A stretch of DNA of 63,847 bases, the filler included, from Deltaproteobacteria bacterium (GTDB lineage Bacteria > JACQOV01), in assembly GCA_016202395.1 (NCBI GenBank). It is 4 parts of 4 records of this genome, joined end to end, with 100 filler letters (N's around TTAATTAATTAA, not from the genome) between each part and the next. Parts side by side here need not be neighbours in the genome. Positions count along the whole stretch, not along the records: positions 51,754 to 57,283 come from JACQOV010000099.1; positions 57,384 to 63,847 come from JACQOV010000006.1; 2 more parts are not named here. The stretch is one strand, 5' to 3'. Made by a program: the position numbers and the translations under genes. The notes under the pieces were generated by a model that did not search any database, had not been told where the DNA came from, and saw only the letters and a program-made list of their open reading frames with translations. Positions 52,941 through 62,098 of the stretch are shown here, one piece after another. Position 1 is the first letter of the stretch; every line of letters begins with the position of its first letter.

Positions 52941-54145
52941 TGGAATCCACTTCAATATTTTCAGAGCGAGTTCAAAAAATCCAACCTTCGGCGACTTTGG
53001 CCGTGGATGCTCGGGCTCGAGAGCTTAAGGCCAGAGGGGTGGATCTCATCTCTTTTGGGGCTGGAGAGCCGGATTTCGACACGCCGGACAACATTAAACA
53101 GGCAGCTATTGAAGCCATCCACCAGGGTTTTACCAAATACGCCGATGTGAGTGGAACCCAGGATCTCAAAGAGGCCATCCTCGCCAAGTTTCAAAGAGAC
53201 TATGGGATTTCTTATCAACCTCAGGAGATTATTGTTTCGTGTGGCGCAAAGCATTCGCTTTATAATATTTTTCAGGTTCTTCTCGACAAAGGGGATGAGG
53301 TTTTGCTCCCAGCTCCCTATTGGAGCTCCTATGCCGATATGATTTTGCTCACGGGGGCGAGGGTCAAAGTGATTAGAACCAAAGCCAAAGAGGGCTTTCG
53401 ACTCCATGGCGATGGTTTGAAGAAGGCTATCGGTACACGAACCAAAATGCTGATCCTAAACTCTCCATCGAATCCCACGGGGGCTTGTCTTCCGAAAGAA
53501 GATCTTCAGGAGATTGGGAAGATTGTTCAGGAAAAAGGGATTTGGGTGGTGACCGACGATATTTATGAAAAATTGATTTACGATCGTTTCGAGTGGAGAA
53601 GCATTGCTTCTGTTGCTCCGGAGATCCGGGACCATTGTTTGGTGGTGAATGGCGTTTCTAAGGCGTATGCCATGACCGGTTGGCGAATTGGATTCACTGC
53701 CGGTCCTGCAGAGGTAATCGGGCAGATGTCAAAGCTCCAGAGCCAGAGCACCTCCAATCCCAACTCCATTGCGATGAAAGCGGCCGTGGAAGCGCTCAAT
53801 GGCCCTCAAGAAAGTGTGGAGAAAATGCGTCAGGAATTTGAGAAGCGACGAAATTTTGTTGTGGATCGTTTGAGTGCAATTCCTCACATTCAGTGCTTTC
53901 GACCTCAAGGGGCTTTCTATGTGTTTCCCGATGTTTCGAAATGGTACGGCCGGGAATATCAAGGGAAAAAGATCGAAAACTCCTCCAGCTTCGCGGAATT
54001 TTTAATCGATGCCGTTCAGGTAGCCGTCGTTCCTGGCGTTGCTTTTGGCGAGGATCACTCAATTCGGCTCTCCTACGCTGCCTCCATGGAAAACATCCAA
54101 AAAGGGCTTACCCGCCTCCATGACGCCCTGTTAGCCCTCCGTTAG
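52940..54145 (+). CDS. aspC: PLP-dependent aspartate aminotransferase (class I)
   Basis: GEPDFDTP, NSPSNPTG, DDIYE, NGVSKAYAMTGWRIG, GAFY. Confidence 0.9.
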   Translation: MESTSIFSERVQKIQPSATLAVDARARELKARGVDLISFGAGEPDFDTPDNIKQAAIEAIHQGFTKYADVSGTQDLKEAILAKFQRDYGISYQPQEIIVSCGAKHSLYNIFQVLLDKGDEVLLPAPYWSSYADMILLTGARVKVIRTKAKEGFRLHGDGLKKAIGTRTKMLILNSPSNPTGACLPKEDLQEIGKIVQEKGIWVVTDDIYEKLIYDRFEWRSIASVAPEIRDHCLVVNGVSKAYAMTGWRIGFTAGPAEVIGQMSKLQSQSTSNPNSIAMKAAVEALNGPQESVEKMRQEFEKRRNFVVDRLSAIPHIQCFRPQGAFYVFPDVSKWYGREYQGKKIENSSSFAEFLIDAVQVAVVPGVAFGEDHSIRLSYAASMENIQKGLTRLHDALLALR

Positions 54146-54180
54146 AATAGTGGATACAGGTGTGCGGTTTTGACCTGCTC

Positions 54181-54293
54181 CGAAATAATTTCGTAAGGCC
54201 GAGCATCTCCTATTTCCGAAGAAATAAAAATAGTAAATAATTTCAAGTAGTTAGGCACACACTTTTCCATTAAAGTTTGGCACAAGAATTGCA
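54181..54293 (+). promoter_or_regulatory. Sigma54 promoter with IHF site and upstream palindrome
   Basis: TGGCAC-AAGAA-TTGCA (54278-54293); IHF-like TTTCAA-GTAG-TTA (54241-54253); palindrome CGAAAT-A-ATTTCG (54181-54193). Confidence 0.8.
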
Positions 54294-54303
54294 GGAGTAA
54301 TGG

Positions 54304-54385
54304 GTAGATCGGTGTGGAGATGGCATTTAATACGACTTCTTCATGCCATACTCCGCGGGGCGGTTCATTGGGAGCCGCCCTTTTT
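54304..54385 (+). ncRNA. Candidate sigma54-dependent small RNA
   Basis: ~80 nt between the sigma54 promoter and an intrinsic terminator; one long hairpin 54314-54356; no complete ORF with an RBS. Confidence 0.6.
54358..54385 (+). terminator. Rho-independent terminator
   Basis: GGGCGGTTC-ATTGG-GAGCCGCCC-TTTTT. Confidence 0.85.
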
Positions 54386-54395
54386 ATTTGGTGGG

Positions 54396-54707
54396 AGGAA
54401 TTTTAGCGATTTGTTGGAGTGTTTTTATGAGCGAACGTCGCGAGATTTTTGGGGGGACCCGCCTTGGCGAAAGGGAGCGTCCCTGGATGGATCTGTGGGT
54501 CCTGTCCTTCCGTTTCCCCCAGGCGTGCTCCACTGTCCGCGCGCCTGGGGGTCCCCCACGGAAGGCCACCCACAGATCCATCCAGGGCGGCTTGTGCTGT
54601 TTGAGCCCGAAGGGCGAGTTCACAAGCCGAGCGACCTGAGCCATAGACGGGTCAAAAATCTCGTGAGTGAAGCGATAAAAACATTCCAGCAAATCGCTAA
54701 AATTCCT
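54396..54707. repeat. 312-bp nested palindromic element (MITE-like)
   Basis: ~33-bp terminal IR AGGAATTTTAGCGATTTG.TGGA.TGTTTTTAT; perfect inner 20-bp IR at 54481-54500/54568-54587; related arms at 51754, 57200, 57384. Confidence 0.85.
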
Positions 54708-54713
54708 GTGAGG

Positions 54714-55466
54714 TTATTTGATGCCGAGGATTTTGTGAGCTTGGGGTTGGATGAGGACTCGAGAGAGATAGTTTTGGCAGAGTTTTTGCCAATGCTCCAG
54801 TTGATCCGATGTGGGAGCATGGGTAACCGTTCCAAAAGGGGTGACCGGTTGAAGGACAAAAGGGATTTTTGGATTGACCTTCTTTACCATCTGACAAGCC
54901 CTCTCCAGCTCTTCTATGGAAGTTTCAGCGCCGCAAACTACTTTTACAAATAGGTCTTTATCTTGAGCTATTTTCAAAAAGGCCTCCTGTTCTTCCCAGA
55001 AGGGACTTTCTCCTCCAACCGAAGAGAGTTTGATGTCCATGGCGATGGTATTCATCCAGAAGAGAATGGGAGCTAATCGTTCCGGTTGAGTTCCACTGGT
55101 CTCCAAATAGATTTGAAAGCGGCCATGGATTTGTGGAAGCCACTCTCTGAGAAAACTCGAATGGAGAAGAGGCTCTCCTCCCGTGAGCGACACAGATTGG
55201 TGAGAAGGGAATTTTTCGTAGATTCCTTCAACCCAGCTCGTGAGTTCCGGAATAGTGAAAGGATTGGAGCGGAGATCGAAAGTGGATCCATCGATCGAAT
55301 TAAAGATTTTGCAGGAGGATTGTTTGATGAGGCTTTGGGGCTCATCGCAATAAGCGCAGCGAAGATGACAGCCTCCAAAGCGGATGAAAAGTTGCGGGAT
55401 TCCAACGTAGGGGCCTTCTCCCTGAAAAGAAGGGAAGATTTCCGTAATGTTGGCTTGAGCGCTCAT
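54714..55466 (-). CDS. queE: 7-carboxy-7-deazaguanine synthase
   Basis: EIF.S.QGEG...G....FIRF.GC.LRC.YCD, SLTGGEPL, LET.G, QPVTP, Q.HK; start at ATG 55466. Confidence 0.93.
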   Translation of the reverse strand: MSAQANITEIFPSFQGEGPYVGIPQLFIRFGGCHLRCAYCDEPQSLIKQSSCKIFNSIDGSTFDLRSNPFTIPELTSWVEGIYEKFPSHQSVSLTGGEPLLHSSFLREWLPQIHGRFQIYLETSGTQPERLAPILFWMNTIAMDIKLSSVGGESPFWEEQEAFLKIAQDKDLFVKVVCGAETSIEELERACQMVKKVNPKIPFVLQPVTPFGTVTHAPTSDQLEHWQKLCQNYLSRVLIQPQAHKILGIK

Positions 55467-56029
55467 GGAACCGATCGAACTTTGCAAAGGTCGCGATAAA
55501 CCCCATCCATCTCTTGAGCAAATTGTTGGAGGGTTTCTTTGGCAAAAGAGACAGAGTCGATGTTGTAGTTACGAAGCCCCGCAGTAGCGACAGGAGTCCC
55601 TTGAGTTTCGATATTTACTCCAATGTGGAGCAGTGTTGATAGAGGGGTTGCTGTGGCAATCGATACATTTAATTTTTTACCTCCGTCGTAGAGGTCATTC
55701 CCTTTTCGTTGAAGTCGAAGTTTTGGGATGAGAGCTTCGCACCGTTCTTTTAAAATCGTCACAAACAATCGTTGGCGCCAGATCGCCCTTTCGAGATTAT
55801 CATTGAAAAATTCTCCTAAAAAGTGAAGCATGAGAGGGCTATAGATTACGGCATTGGTCTTCGCGTCTAATAAATCGACAAGGTGATTTTTGGGCACGTT
55901 GCACTCTCCGATGAAGGCAATGACGTTATCACCTTCAATGTCCCATTTTTCCAAAGCAAAATGAGAACGGAGCTCTAGCCCCGTGTAGGGGATTCGTTCT
56001 TCAATCCATTGTGTTTTGAGGCGATTCAT
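55463..56029 (-). CDS. DUF366-family protein (biotin/lipoate ligase-like fold)
   Basis: Y.G.EL..H, F.G.C.V....VD..D, I.S..MLHF..E, QRL, R.G.DLY....KL.VSIAT, H.G.N. Confidence 0.75.
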   Translation of the reverse strand: MNRLKTQWIEERIPYTGLELRSHFALEKWDIEGDNVIAFIGECNVPKNHLVDLLDAKTNAVIYSPLMLHFLGEFFNDNLERAIWRQRLFVTILKERCEALIPKLRLQRKGNDLYDGGKKLNVSIATATPLSTLLHIGVNIETQGTPVATAGLRNYNIDSVSFAKETLQQFAQEMDGVYRDLCKVRSVP

Positions 56030-56032
56030 CTT

Positions 56033-56743
56033 TTAAAGAGTTTGAAAATGGTTTTGGATAGAATGGAGATGCCCTGCTTGCAGAAAGGCCCGCTTGGCCC
56101 TTTGACAAGATTCGCAGAGCCCGCACATCTTTTCTCGTCCTTCGTAGCAACTCCAGATCAGATCCAGAGGCGCCTGAATCTGAATCCCAAGTTCCACAAT
56201 CTGCTTTTTCATAAGGTGTTGCGTGTAACTCAGCACCTGAACCTGGTTGGAGGTCGAATGGCGCAGGGCCTGTGTGATAGCTTTACAATACTCCTCAGTG
56301 TTATCTGGGAAGGTTGCTGCTTCTTCGGCGTTAAAACCAGTGACTACGCAATTGGCATGGAGCGATTCCGCGAAGGCTGCGGCAATCTCAATCAATACGC
56401 CATTTCGATTTGAAACCCAGACTTTCTTGGCGGTTTCTTGAGTGGTCTTCAAATGATTCAGCTCCTCGGGTTGAATTTGAGGCAGCGCTTCTTTAGAATT
56501 CACGAGGGCCCCCTTCCCAATTTCAGCAAGCCAAGGAAGCTCGATCGTTCGGTGAGGAACATTATACCTTTTGCAAACCTTTTGAGCGGACTCCACCTCT
56601 TTTGCGGCGCTTCGTTGATGGTAATCAAAAGTGAGTGCGAGTAAAATCTCCCCCTCATCGAGGGCTTTTTTAAAGGAAACCACGGAGTCAAGTCCTCCCG
56701 ATAAGAGAGCAACCGCTTTAGGCGATGTAAGTGGCTTGAGCAT
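56033..56743 (-). CDS. queC: 7-cyano-7-deazaguanine synthase
   Basis: LLSGGLDS, FDY.QR, V.NRN, FPD, WSCY......CG.CESC. Confidence 0.95.
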   Translation of the reverse strand: MLKPLTSPKAVALLSGGLDSVVSFKKALDEGEILLALTFDYHQRSAAKEVESAQKVCKRYNVPHRTIELPWLAEIGKGALVNSKEALPQIQPEELNHLKTTQETAKKVWVSNRNGVLIEIAAAFAESLHANCVVTGFNAEEAATFPDNTEEYCKAITQALRHSTSNQVQVLSYTQHLMKKQIVELGIQIQAPLDLIWSCYEGREKMCGLCESCQRAKRAFLQAGHLHSIQNHFQTL

Positions 56744-57086
56744 CTTCCGTCTCCCATACAGTCACTTTTTCGATCCGGACCGCCTCTTTTTTGAGCTCTC
56801 TGTGAAGTTCTTGATAGATATGGAAAGCCAGGTTTTCAGCCGATGGATTCACTTTATCAAAAGGGGGAACTTCATTAATGAAAGTGTAGTTTAAGCGCTG
56901 GATGATTCCTTGTGTGGTTTTTTTAAGTTCCTCAAAATCAATCACCAATCCTTGAGAGTCGAGGGATTCTTTTGAGACCTCGATTTTCACCTTCCAATTG
57001 TGGCCGTGCAGAGGTTCCATCTCACCATTGGCGAAGCGAAGCTGGTGAGCTGCAGAGAATGGAAGTTCAATCGCTATAGTATACAC
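56718..57086 (-). CDS. queD: 6-carboxytetrahydropterin synthase
   Basis: FSAAH, LHGHNWKV, IDF, NPSAENLA, V.VWET. Confidence 0.93.
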   Translation of the reverse strand: MYTIAIELPFSAAHQLRFANGEMEPLHGHNWKVKIEVSKESLDSQGLVIDFEELKKTTQGIIQRLNYTFINEVPPFDKVNPSAENLAFHIYQELHRELKKEAVRIEKVTVWETEDAQATYIA

Positions 57087-57199
57087 AGAGAATCCAGTAG
57101 CAAATTTTAACCCCTTTGGAAAGGCGAGGGACTATCTCGCCCACCCCCAGTTTCTAGGTTAGGATATTCCTTGAGCGGCTTCAAGAAATTTTGGGCTTA

Positions 57200-57258
57200 T
57201 CGGTGGGAAATGTTCACGGGAATGTCTTTTCTCGCTTCACTCGCAAGATTTTTGTCCC
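57200..57258. repeat. Left arm of palindromic element at contig end
   Basis: TCGGTGGGAAA.GTTCAC...TTCTCGCTTCACTCGCAAGATTTTTG; reverse complement of 57384-57443. Confidence 0.8.
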
Positions 57259-57283
57259 CTCTAACAGAAATCGGCCCTACGGG

Positions 57284-57383
57284 NNNNNNNNNNNNNNNNN
57301 NNNNNNNNNNNNNNNNNNNNNNNNNNNTTAATTAATTAANNNNNNNNNNNNNNNNNNNNNNNNNNNNNNNNNNNNNNNNNNNN
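57284..57383. other. Assembly spacer (artificial contig join)
   Basis: N runs with TTAATTAATTAA. Confidence 0.98.
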
Positions 57384-57443
57384 CGGGTCAAAAATCTTGC
57401 GAGTGAAGCGAGAAAAACCATCCCAGTGAACTTTTCCCACCGA
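57384..57443. repeat. Right arm of palindromic element at contig start
   Basis: CGGGTCAAAAATCTTGCGAGTGAAGCGA.AAAA also matches 54648-54681. Confidence 0.8.
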
Positions 57444-57448
57444 AATAA

Positions 57449-58354
57449 TTAATTCGTGATTTTTTCTTTTTCGCGGCTGTAGAGCCCTGCGGGAGGGAGG
57501 GAGAGCTGAAGACCGCTGCGGACCTTCTCCAAAACTGTGTGCGTCAGCTTCTTTTCCCGCTCCAACTCCTGAAGAATAATTCGAATCGTTTTGGCCGAAT
57601 CCAGAATAGGATGTCCTGTCGGATCCAACCTTCGACAGTAAGCCCGGTGCGGATCGGCAAGGAACCCTAAAACCGAATCCATCGCTAAAGTGAAGTATCG
57701 ATCCACAGCACCGCTGGAGACAGCCCAACGGGAACGCCTATCGATCCAAGCGGTGGTCTTTCTCCATCGTTTCAAACGCTGTGCCCAAAGGACCCCATGA
57801 AAAATCCTCCCATTCGTTCGGAACGAGAACAAAGTTTTCTGCAAAACAGCCGCTAAAAGCGCATCGTGATGACGGCACCGCTTGGCGATCTGGAAGGTGG
57901 GATCCCAAAGGTCTCTTGCTACGGCATGATCGAAACGGAGCTCCCAGTAGGAGTGTTGGAGACGGCGCGCCTTAAAATGAGTCACTGAAAGTTCAGGGAC
58001 AAAAAAGTTATGAGAAATGGTATCCGCCGCAAGATGAGTGAGATAACCATACGCAAAGGCCTTTTGCGCCGGAGTTTTCGCAACTTGCAAAACCTCAAAC
58101 CCGATCTCCCAACGGTGGCAATGCTTCTCGCTCTCTCGTACCATATCCTTGGCAATGATGAGATCGGCGCTGAGATTCCCATAAAGAAAATCGAGGGGAT
58201 GAAGACGCACAAACTCCTGGACGGCCGGGGCAAATAACGGCAAATACTGCAAGGCCTCAAGTCCGAATCGGACATGAGTCAAAGGCCCCCATGCAAAAGC
58301 CACATCGACCGAGAGAGAAAACAGAAGAATTAGGAAGGTAACTATGAAAAACAT
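57449..58354 (-). CDS. Zinc-dependent phospholipase C family protein
   Basis: Signal peptide then A|WGPLTH; G...AD, HCH.W, GYLTHLAADTISHN, HSYWE..FD. Confidence 0.88.
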   Translation of the reverse strand: MFFIVTFLILLFSLSVDVAFAWGPLTHVRFGLEALQYLPLFAPAVQEFVRLHPLDFLYGNLSADLIIAKDMVRESEKHCHRWEIGFEVLQVAKTPAQKAFAYGYLTHLAADTISHNFFVPELSVTHFKARRLQHSYWELRFDHAVARDLWDPTFQIAKRCRHHDALLAAVLQKTLFSFRTNGRIFHGVLWAQRLKRWRKTTAWIDRRSRWAVSSGAVDRYFTLAMDSVLGFLADPHRAYCRRLDPTGHPILDSAKTIRIILQELEREKKLTHTVLEKVRSGLQLSLPPAGLYSREKEKITN

Positions 58355-58423
58355 CTTCCAACCCCTTGCGAAACGGCTTCCCGTTTATTATTGTAGCAAA
58401 GCTTCCAATCCGTGTAAACAGAC

Positions 58424-59095
58424 ATGAATCCAGAGACTAAAAATTATCTTCGTTACCTTCAAACCATGGGAGTAGAAGAGCTCCCGATCCAAACTTCTTC
58501 TAAACCTTCTAAAAAGGCGCGGCCTCCTGAGAAAAGATTAACCCTGGAGCAGATTAGATCGCAACTTGGCGATGGCTGTGGCTCGGAGCTCTGTAAAACC
58601 CGAAGCAATCTGGTTTTTGGCGAAGGGGATTCCAAAGCGAACCTCGTTTTCGTGGGGGAAGGGCCTGGAGCGGATGAAGATGCGCAAGGGCGCCCTTTTG
58701 TGGGAAGAGCCGGCCAATTGCTCACACGCATCGTCGAAGCGATCGGGCTAAAGCGGGAACAGGTCTATATTTGCAACGTCATCAAATGTCGGCCACCCAA
58801 TAACCGCACCCCACTTCCCGAAGAGATTCGTCTTTGCTCTCCTTTTTTACAGATGCAACTCGAAGCGATTCGCCCAAAAGTGATCGTGACTCTGGGCAAT
58901 ATCGCAACTCAATTTTTACTCCAAACGACGGCTGGAATCAGCAAACTTCGCAATCAATTTCATGACTACCAAGGAATGGCTGTTATGCCGACCTACCATC
59001 CCGCCTATCTTCTGCGCAATCCGCCCGCTAAACGTCAGGTCTGGGAAGACATGCAAAAAGTCCGCGATTTCCTAGGACTTCCCAAAACACGATAG
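58424..59095 (+). CDS. Uracil-DNA glycosylase family 4
   Basis: FVGEGPGADED.QGRPFVGRAG, NVIKCRPP.NR.P, PTYHPAYLLR. Confidence 0.95.
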   Translation: MNPETKNYLRYLQTMGVEELPIQTSSKPSKKARPPEKRLTLEQIRSQLGDGCGSELCKTRSNLVFGEGDSKANLVFVGEGPGADEDAQGRPFVGRAGQLLTRIVEAIGLKREQVYICNVIKCRPPNNRTPLPEEIRLCSPFLQMQLEAIRPKVIVTLGNIATQFLLQTTAGISKLRNQFHDYQGMAVMPTYHPAYLLRNPPAKRQVWEDMQKVRDFLGLPKTR

Positions 59096-59138
59096 CGACT
59101 CTGGACTATTCGGGGTGGGTTGGGTATGATTCACGGCG

Positions 59139-60446
59139 ATGTATCCAACCTTTTTAAAAGGGATTTTAGTCACTCTACTCTTGACCTCGCCGATGATACA
59201 AGCAGAGGAAGGAGTTCCCTCTTCACGTATTCTTCAACTCACCGTAGACGGGACCATCAATCCGATTGTGGCGGATTACATTGAACAAGGGATTGAGCGA
59301 GGGGAAAAAGAGGGCTTTAGCGCTGTCGTCATTCAATTGGACACCCCAGGCGGACTTGACACCTCGATGCGCACCATTGTGAAGGCGATGGAGGAGAGTG
59401 GGGTTCTTGTGATTGTCTACGTCGCTCCGAGTGGGGCGCGGGCCGCCTCCGCGGGAGTTTTCATTATGTTAGCCAGTCACGTTGCCGCAATGTCGCCAGG
59501 AACCAATCTGGGAGCGGCTCATCCTGTAGCCATGGGGGGCGAAAAGATGGATGAGACGATGTCCAAAAAGGTCGAACACGATGCGGCCGCCTACATCCGA
59601 GGGATTGCTGAAAAACATGGGCGCAACGCCGAGTGGGCCGAAAAAGCGGTTCGCGAGTCGGTCTCGATCACTGCGGAAGAGGCGGTTAAAATAAATGTGA
59701 TCGATTACGTGGCCTCTTCGCTCCCGGAGCTTCTGGAAAAGATCGATCAGAAAGAGATTCCTTTAGGGAATCAAAAATCGATCCTGCAAACAAAAGGGGC
59801 CGAGATTGTTCTGCAGGAGATGGGATTGCGCCATCGGGTTTTAAACACTCTGAGCGATCCCAACATCGCCTATATTCTCATGATGATTGGGATGTGGGGA
59901 CTTTTCTTCGAGCTTTCCAATCCTGGAGCGATCTTCCCAGGAGTCATCGGCGGAATCTCTCTCATCCTTGGATTAGTGGCTCTGCAAACCCTCCCGATCA
60001 ACTATGCCGGAATCTTGCTCATTTTACTGGGGGTGATCCTCTTCATTGCGGAAATTAAAATTGTGAGCTACGGTTTTCTCACCATCGGCGGGATTATTTG
60101 CCTGACTCTGGGATCGCTTATGCTCTTTAACTCGGGGGTTCCTGGCTTCCAACTTTCGTTGAAAGTGGTAGCAGCGGTCGTTGGAGCCACCACCCTGGTG
60201 ATGGGAACAGGAATCTTCTTAGCGATCACTTCGCAACGACGCAGGGTCCGCACGGGAGTCGAGGGATTGATCGGTGAGAGAGGAACTGTTAGAGAGAAAC
60301 TGGATCTTCAGGGGAAGGTTTTTCTCCATGGAGAGCTCTGGAATGCTGTAAGTTCGGAGCCGATTGAACAAGGAGTTTCTGTTAAAGTGATTGCCGTTGA
60401 AGGAATGGTTTTACAAGTAGAACGCACCCAAGGAGGTCTAAAATGA
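59139..60446 (+). CDS. nfeD: NfeD membrane-bound ClpP-class serine protease
   Basis: LDTPGG, RAASAG, GAAHPV, HGRN..WA, C-terminal OB fold GELW.A. Confidence 0.93.
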   Translation: MYPTFLKGILVTLLLTSPMIQAEEGVPSSRILQLTVDGTINPIVADYIEQGIERGEKEGFSAVVIQLDTPGGLDTSMRTIVKAMEESGVLVIVYVAPSGARAASAGVFIMLASHVAAMSPGTNLGAAHPVAMGGEKMDETMSKKVEHDAAAYIRGIAEKHGRNAEWAEKAVRESVSITAEEAVKINVIDYVASSLPELLEKIDQKEIPLGNQKSILQTKGAEIVLQEMGLRHRVLNTLSDPNIAYILMMIGMWGLFFELSNPGAIFPGVIGGISLILGLVALQTLPINYAGILLILLGVILFIAEIKIVSYGFLTIGGIICLTLGSLMLFNSGVPGFQLSLKVVAAVVGATTLVMGTGIFLAITSQRRRVRTGVEGLIGERGTVREKLDLQGKVFLHGELWNAVSSEPIEQGVSVKVIAVEGMVLQVERTQGGLK

Positions 60447-61189
60447 TCACCGGTTTAATCCCTATTTTGGTTCTAATCCTGTTTCTTTTGTCAGGAATCA
60501 AGATCTTAAATGAATACGAGCGAGCGGTGGTTTTTCGGTTGGGGAGAATCCTGCAAAAGTCGAAAGGCCCCGGGATCATCTATGTGATCCCTTTCATCGA
60601 CAGAATGGTGCGGATGAGCCTCCGAACAATCGTGTTGGATGTCCCTCCACAAGACGTCATTACGAAAGATAACGTCTCCATCAAGGTGAACGCGGTCATT
60701 TATTTCCGTGTGATGAATCCAGAAAGAGCGGTGATTGAGGTTCACGATTACCTCTACGCAACGTCACAATTGGCCCAAACCACACTCCGCTCTGTCCTTG
60801 GAGAATCTGAGTTGGATGAATTGCTTGCAGCCCGGGAGAAAATCAATGCGCATCTACAAGAGATCCTCGATCAAAATACCGATCCATGGGGGATCAAGGT
60901 CTCTAACGTAGCGGTTAAACACATTGATCTCCCTCAGGAGATGCAACGGGCCATGGCAAAGCAGGCGGAGGCGGAGCGGGAACGGCGAGCCAAAGTGATC
61001 CATGCCGATGGAGAATTTCAAGCGTCCCAAAAACTGGCCGATGCTGCCAAAATTATGGGGAGTCAACCGCAAACTTTGCAGCTAAGGTATTTACAAACCT
61101 TGTCGGAGATTACTTCAGAAAAGAATTCAACCGTAGTCTTCCCCATTCCGATCGATTTGATCAAACCGTTTTTGGAGGCGAAGAAATAA
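60443..61189 (+). CDS. Slipin/stomatin (SPFH) protein
   Basis: [50 protein letters not shown]. Confidence 0.95.
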   Translation: MITGLIPILVLILFLLSGIKILNEYERAVVFRLGRILQKSKGPGIIYVIPFIDRMVRMSLRTIVLDVPPQDVITKDNVSIKVNAVIYFRVMNPERAVIEVHDYLYATSQLAQTTLRSVLGESELDELLAAREKINAHLQEILDQNTDPWGIKVSNVAVKHIDLPQEMQRAMAKQAEAERERRAKVIHADGEFQASQKLADAAKIMGSQPQTLQLRYLQTLSEITSEKNSTVVFPIPIDLIKPFLEAKK

Positions 61190-61661
61190 GACCAACAGGT
61201 TTCTCAGTTCTTTCAACCACAACCTCGACCTCCTCATGCTCCGGTTCTAAGGCGCGAGAAAAGAGGCTCGTTCGAGGGGCCATTGGTTTAGACTGTTCTT
61301 TTTCCTTGGAGGTGTAGGAAAGCCCCATATCGATCTCTCCGCGATAACGGGCCCCCTTTTCGATGATGAGAATGGGAGTATGGATGTTTCCAACGATCCT
61401 CGCTCCCGCTTTAAGAAAGATCTTTTCGGACGCCTCGAGGTCCCCTTCGACAATCCCTTCGACATGGATCACACGGGATGAGAAGTTCCCACGAACATGA
61501 GCTTTTCCGCCCACCAGCAGTTCTTCCCCCGCACGCACATTCCCTTCCACCCTGCCGTAGATATAGAGCCGCCCTTTCCCCTCGAGGTCCCCTCGAACAC
61601 CAATTCCTTCGTCAATCACGTGGATACTGTTCTTGTCCCGCCCGTTATTTTCCTGGCCCAT
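61161..61661 (-). CDS. Bactofilin (polymer-forming cytoskeletal protein)
   Basis: Beta-helical G-repeat pattern, IEKGA...G.I.M. Confidence 0.9.
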   Translation of the reverse strand: MGQENNGRDKNSIHVIDEGIGVRGDLEGKGRLYIYGRVEGNVRAGEELLVGGKAHVRGNFSSRVIHVEGIVEGDLEASEKIFLKAGARIVGNIHTPILIIEKGARYRGEIDMGLSYTSKEKEQSKPMAPRTSLFSRALEPEHEEVEVVVERTEKPVGLISSPPKTV

Positions 61662-61673
61662 AACGAAAATCCC

Positions 61674-62021
61674 TTATTTCAACTCTTCCAAAGGAGGAAC
61701 CTCAAAATCCATCTCAACTCTCCCTTGGAATTGAGCCCCCTCTTCCATTAAAATCTCCGGCGCATGCAGATCGCCAATCACTCGACTCCCACGAACGAGC
61801 TGAATCTGTTCACTGGCCTCCACATCTCCCGCGATCTCTCCACGAATAAGAATCTCCCCACATTGAATCTGAGCTTTGACGGAACCGGTGGTCTCTACAA
61901 CGAGCGGGGCCTTCGATTGAAGTGTCCCTTCCACCTCACCGGCCACCACCATGGGCATCTCGCCGTAAACAGTTCCTTTGACGCGGATTTGCCGCCCTAT
62001 GACACACGCGGGTATAGACAT
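61674..62021 (-). CDS. Bactofilin (paralog)
   Basis: VIG....V.G, GD..AP....EEGA.F.G.V.M; RBS AGGAG. Confidence 0.9.
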   Translation of the reverse strand: MSIPACVIGRQIRVKGTVYGEMPMVVAGEVEGTLQSKAPLVVETTGSVKAQIQCGEILIRGEIAGDVEASEQIQLVRGSRVIGDLHAPEILMEEGAQFQGRVEMDFEVPPLEELK

Positions 62022-62098
62022 CAATTCTCCTTAAACCTTCCCGTTAATAGCAGCTTCCAAACCCAATGTCAACCAAAATTGACACAGCGCGCTATAAA

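Noticed and set aside
54300-54953. 217-aa ORF and other ORFs across the 54.3-54.9 kb region
   Set aside because: Runs through a terminator, a palindromic repeat and antisense queE; no RBS or recognisable family
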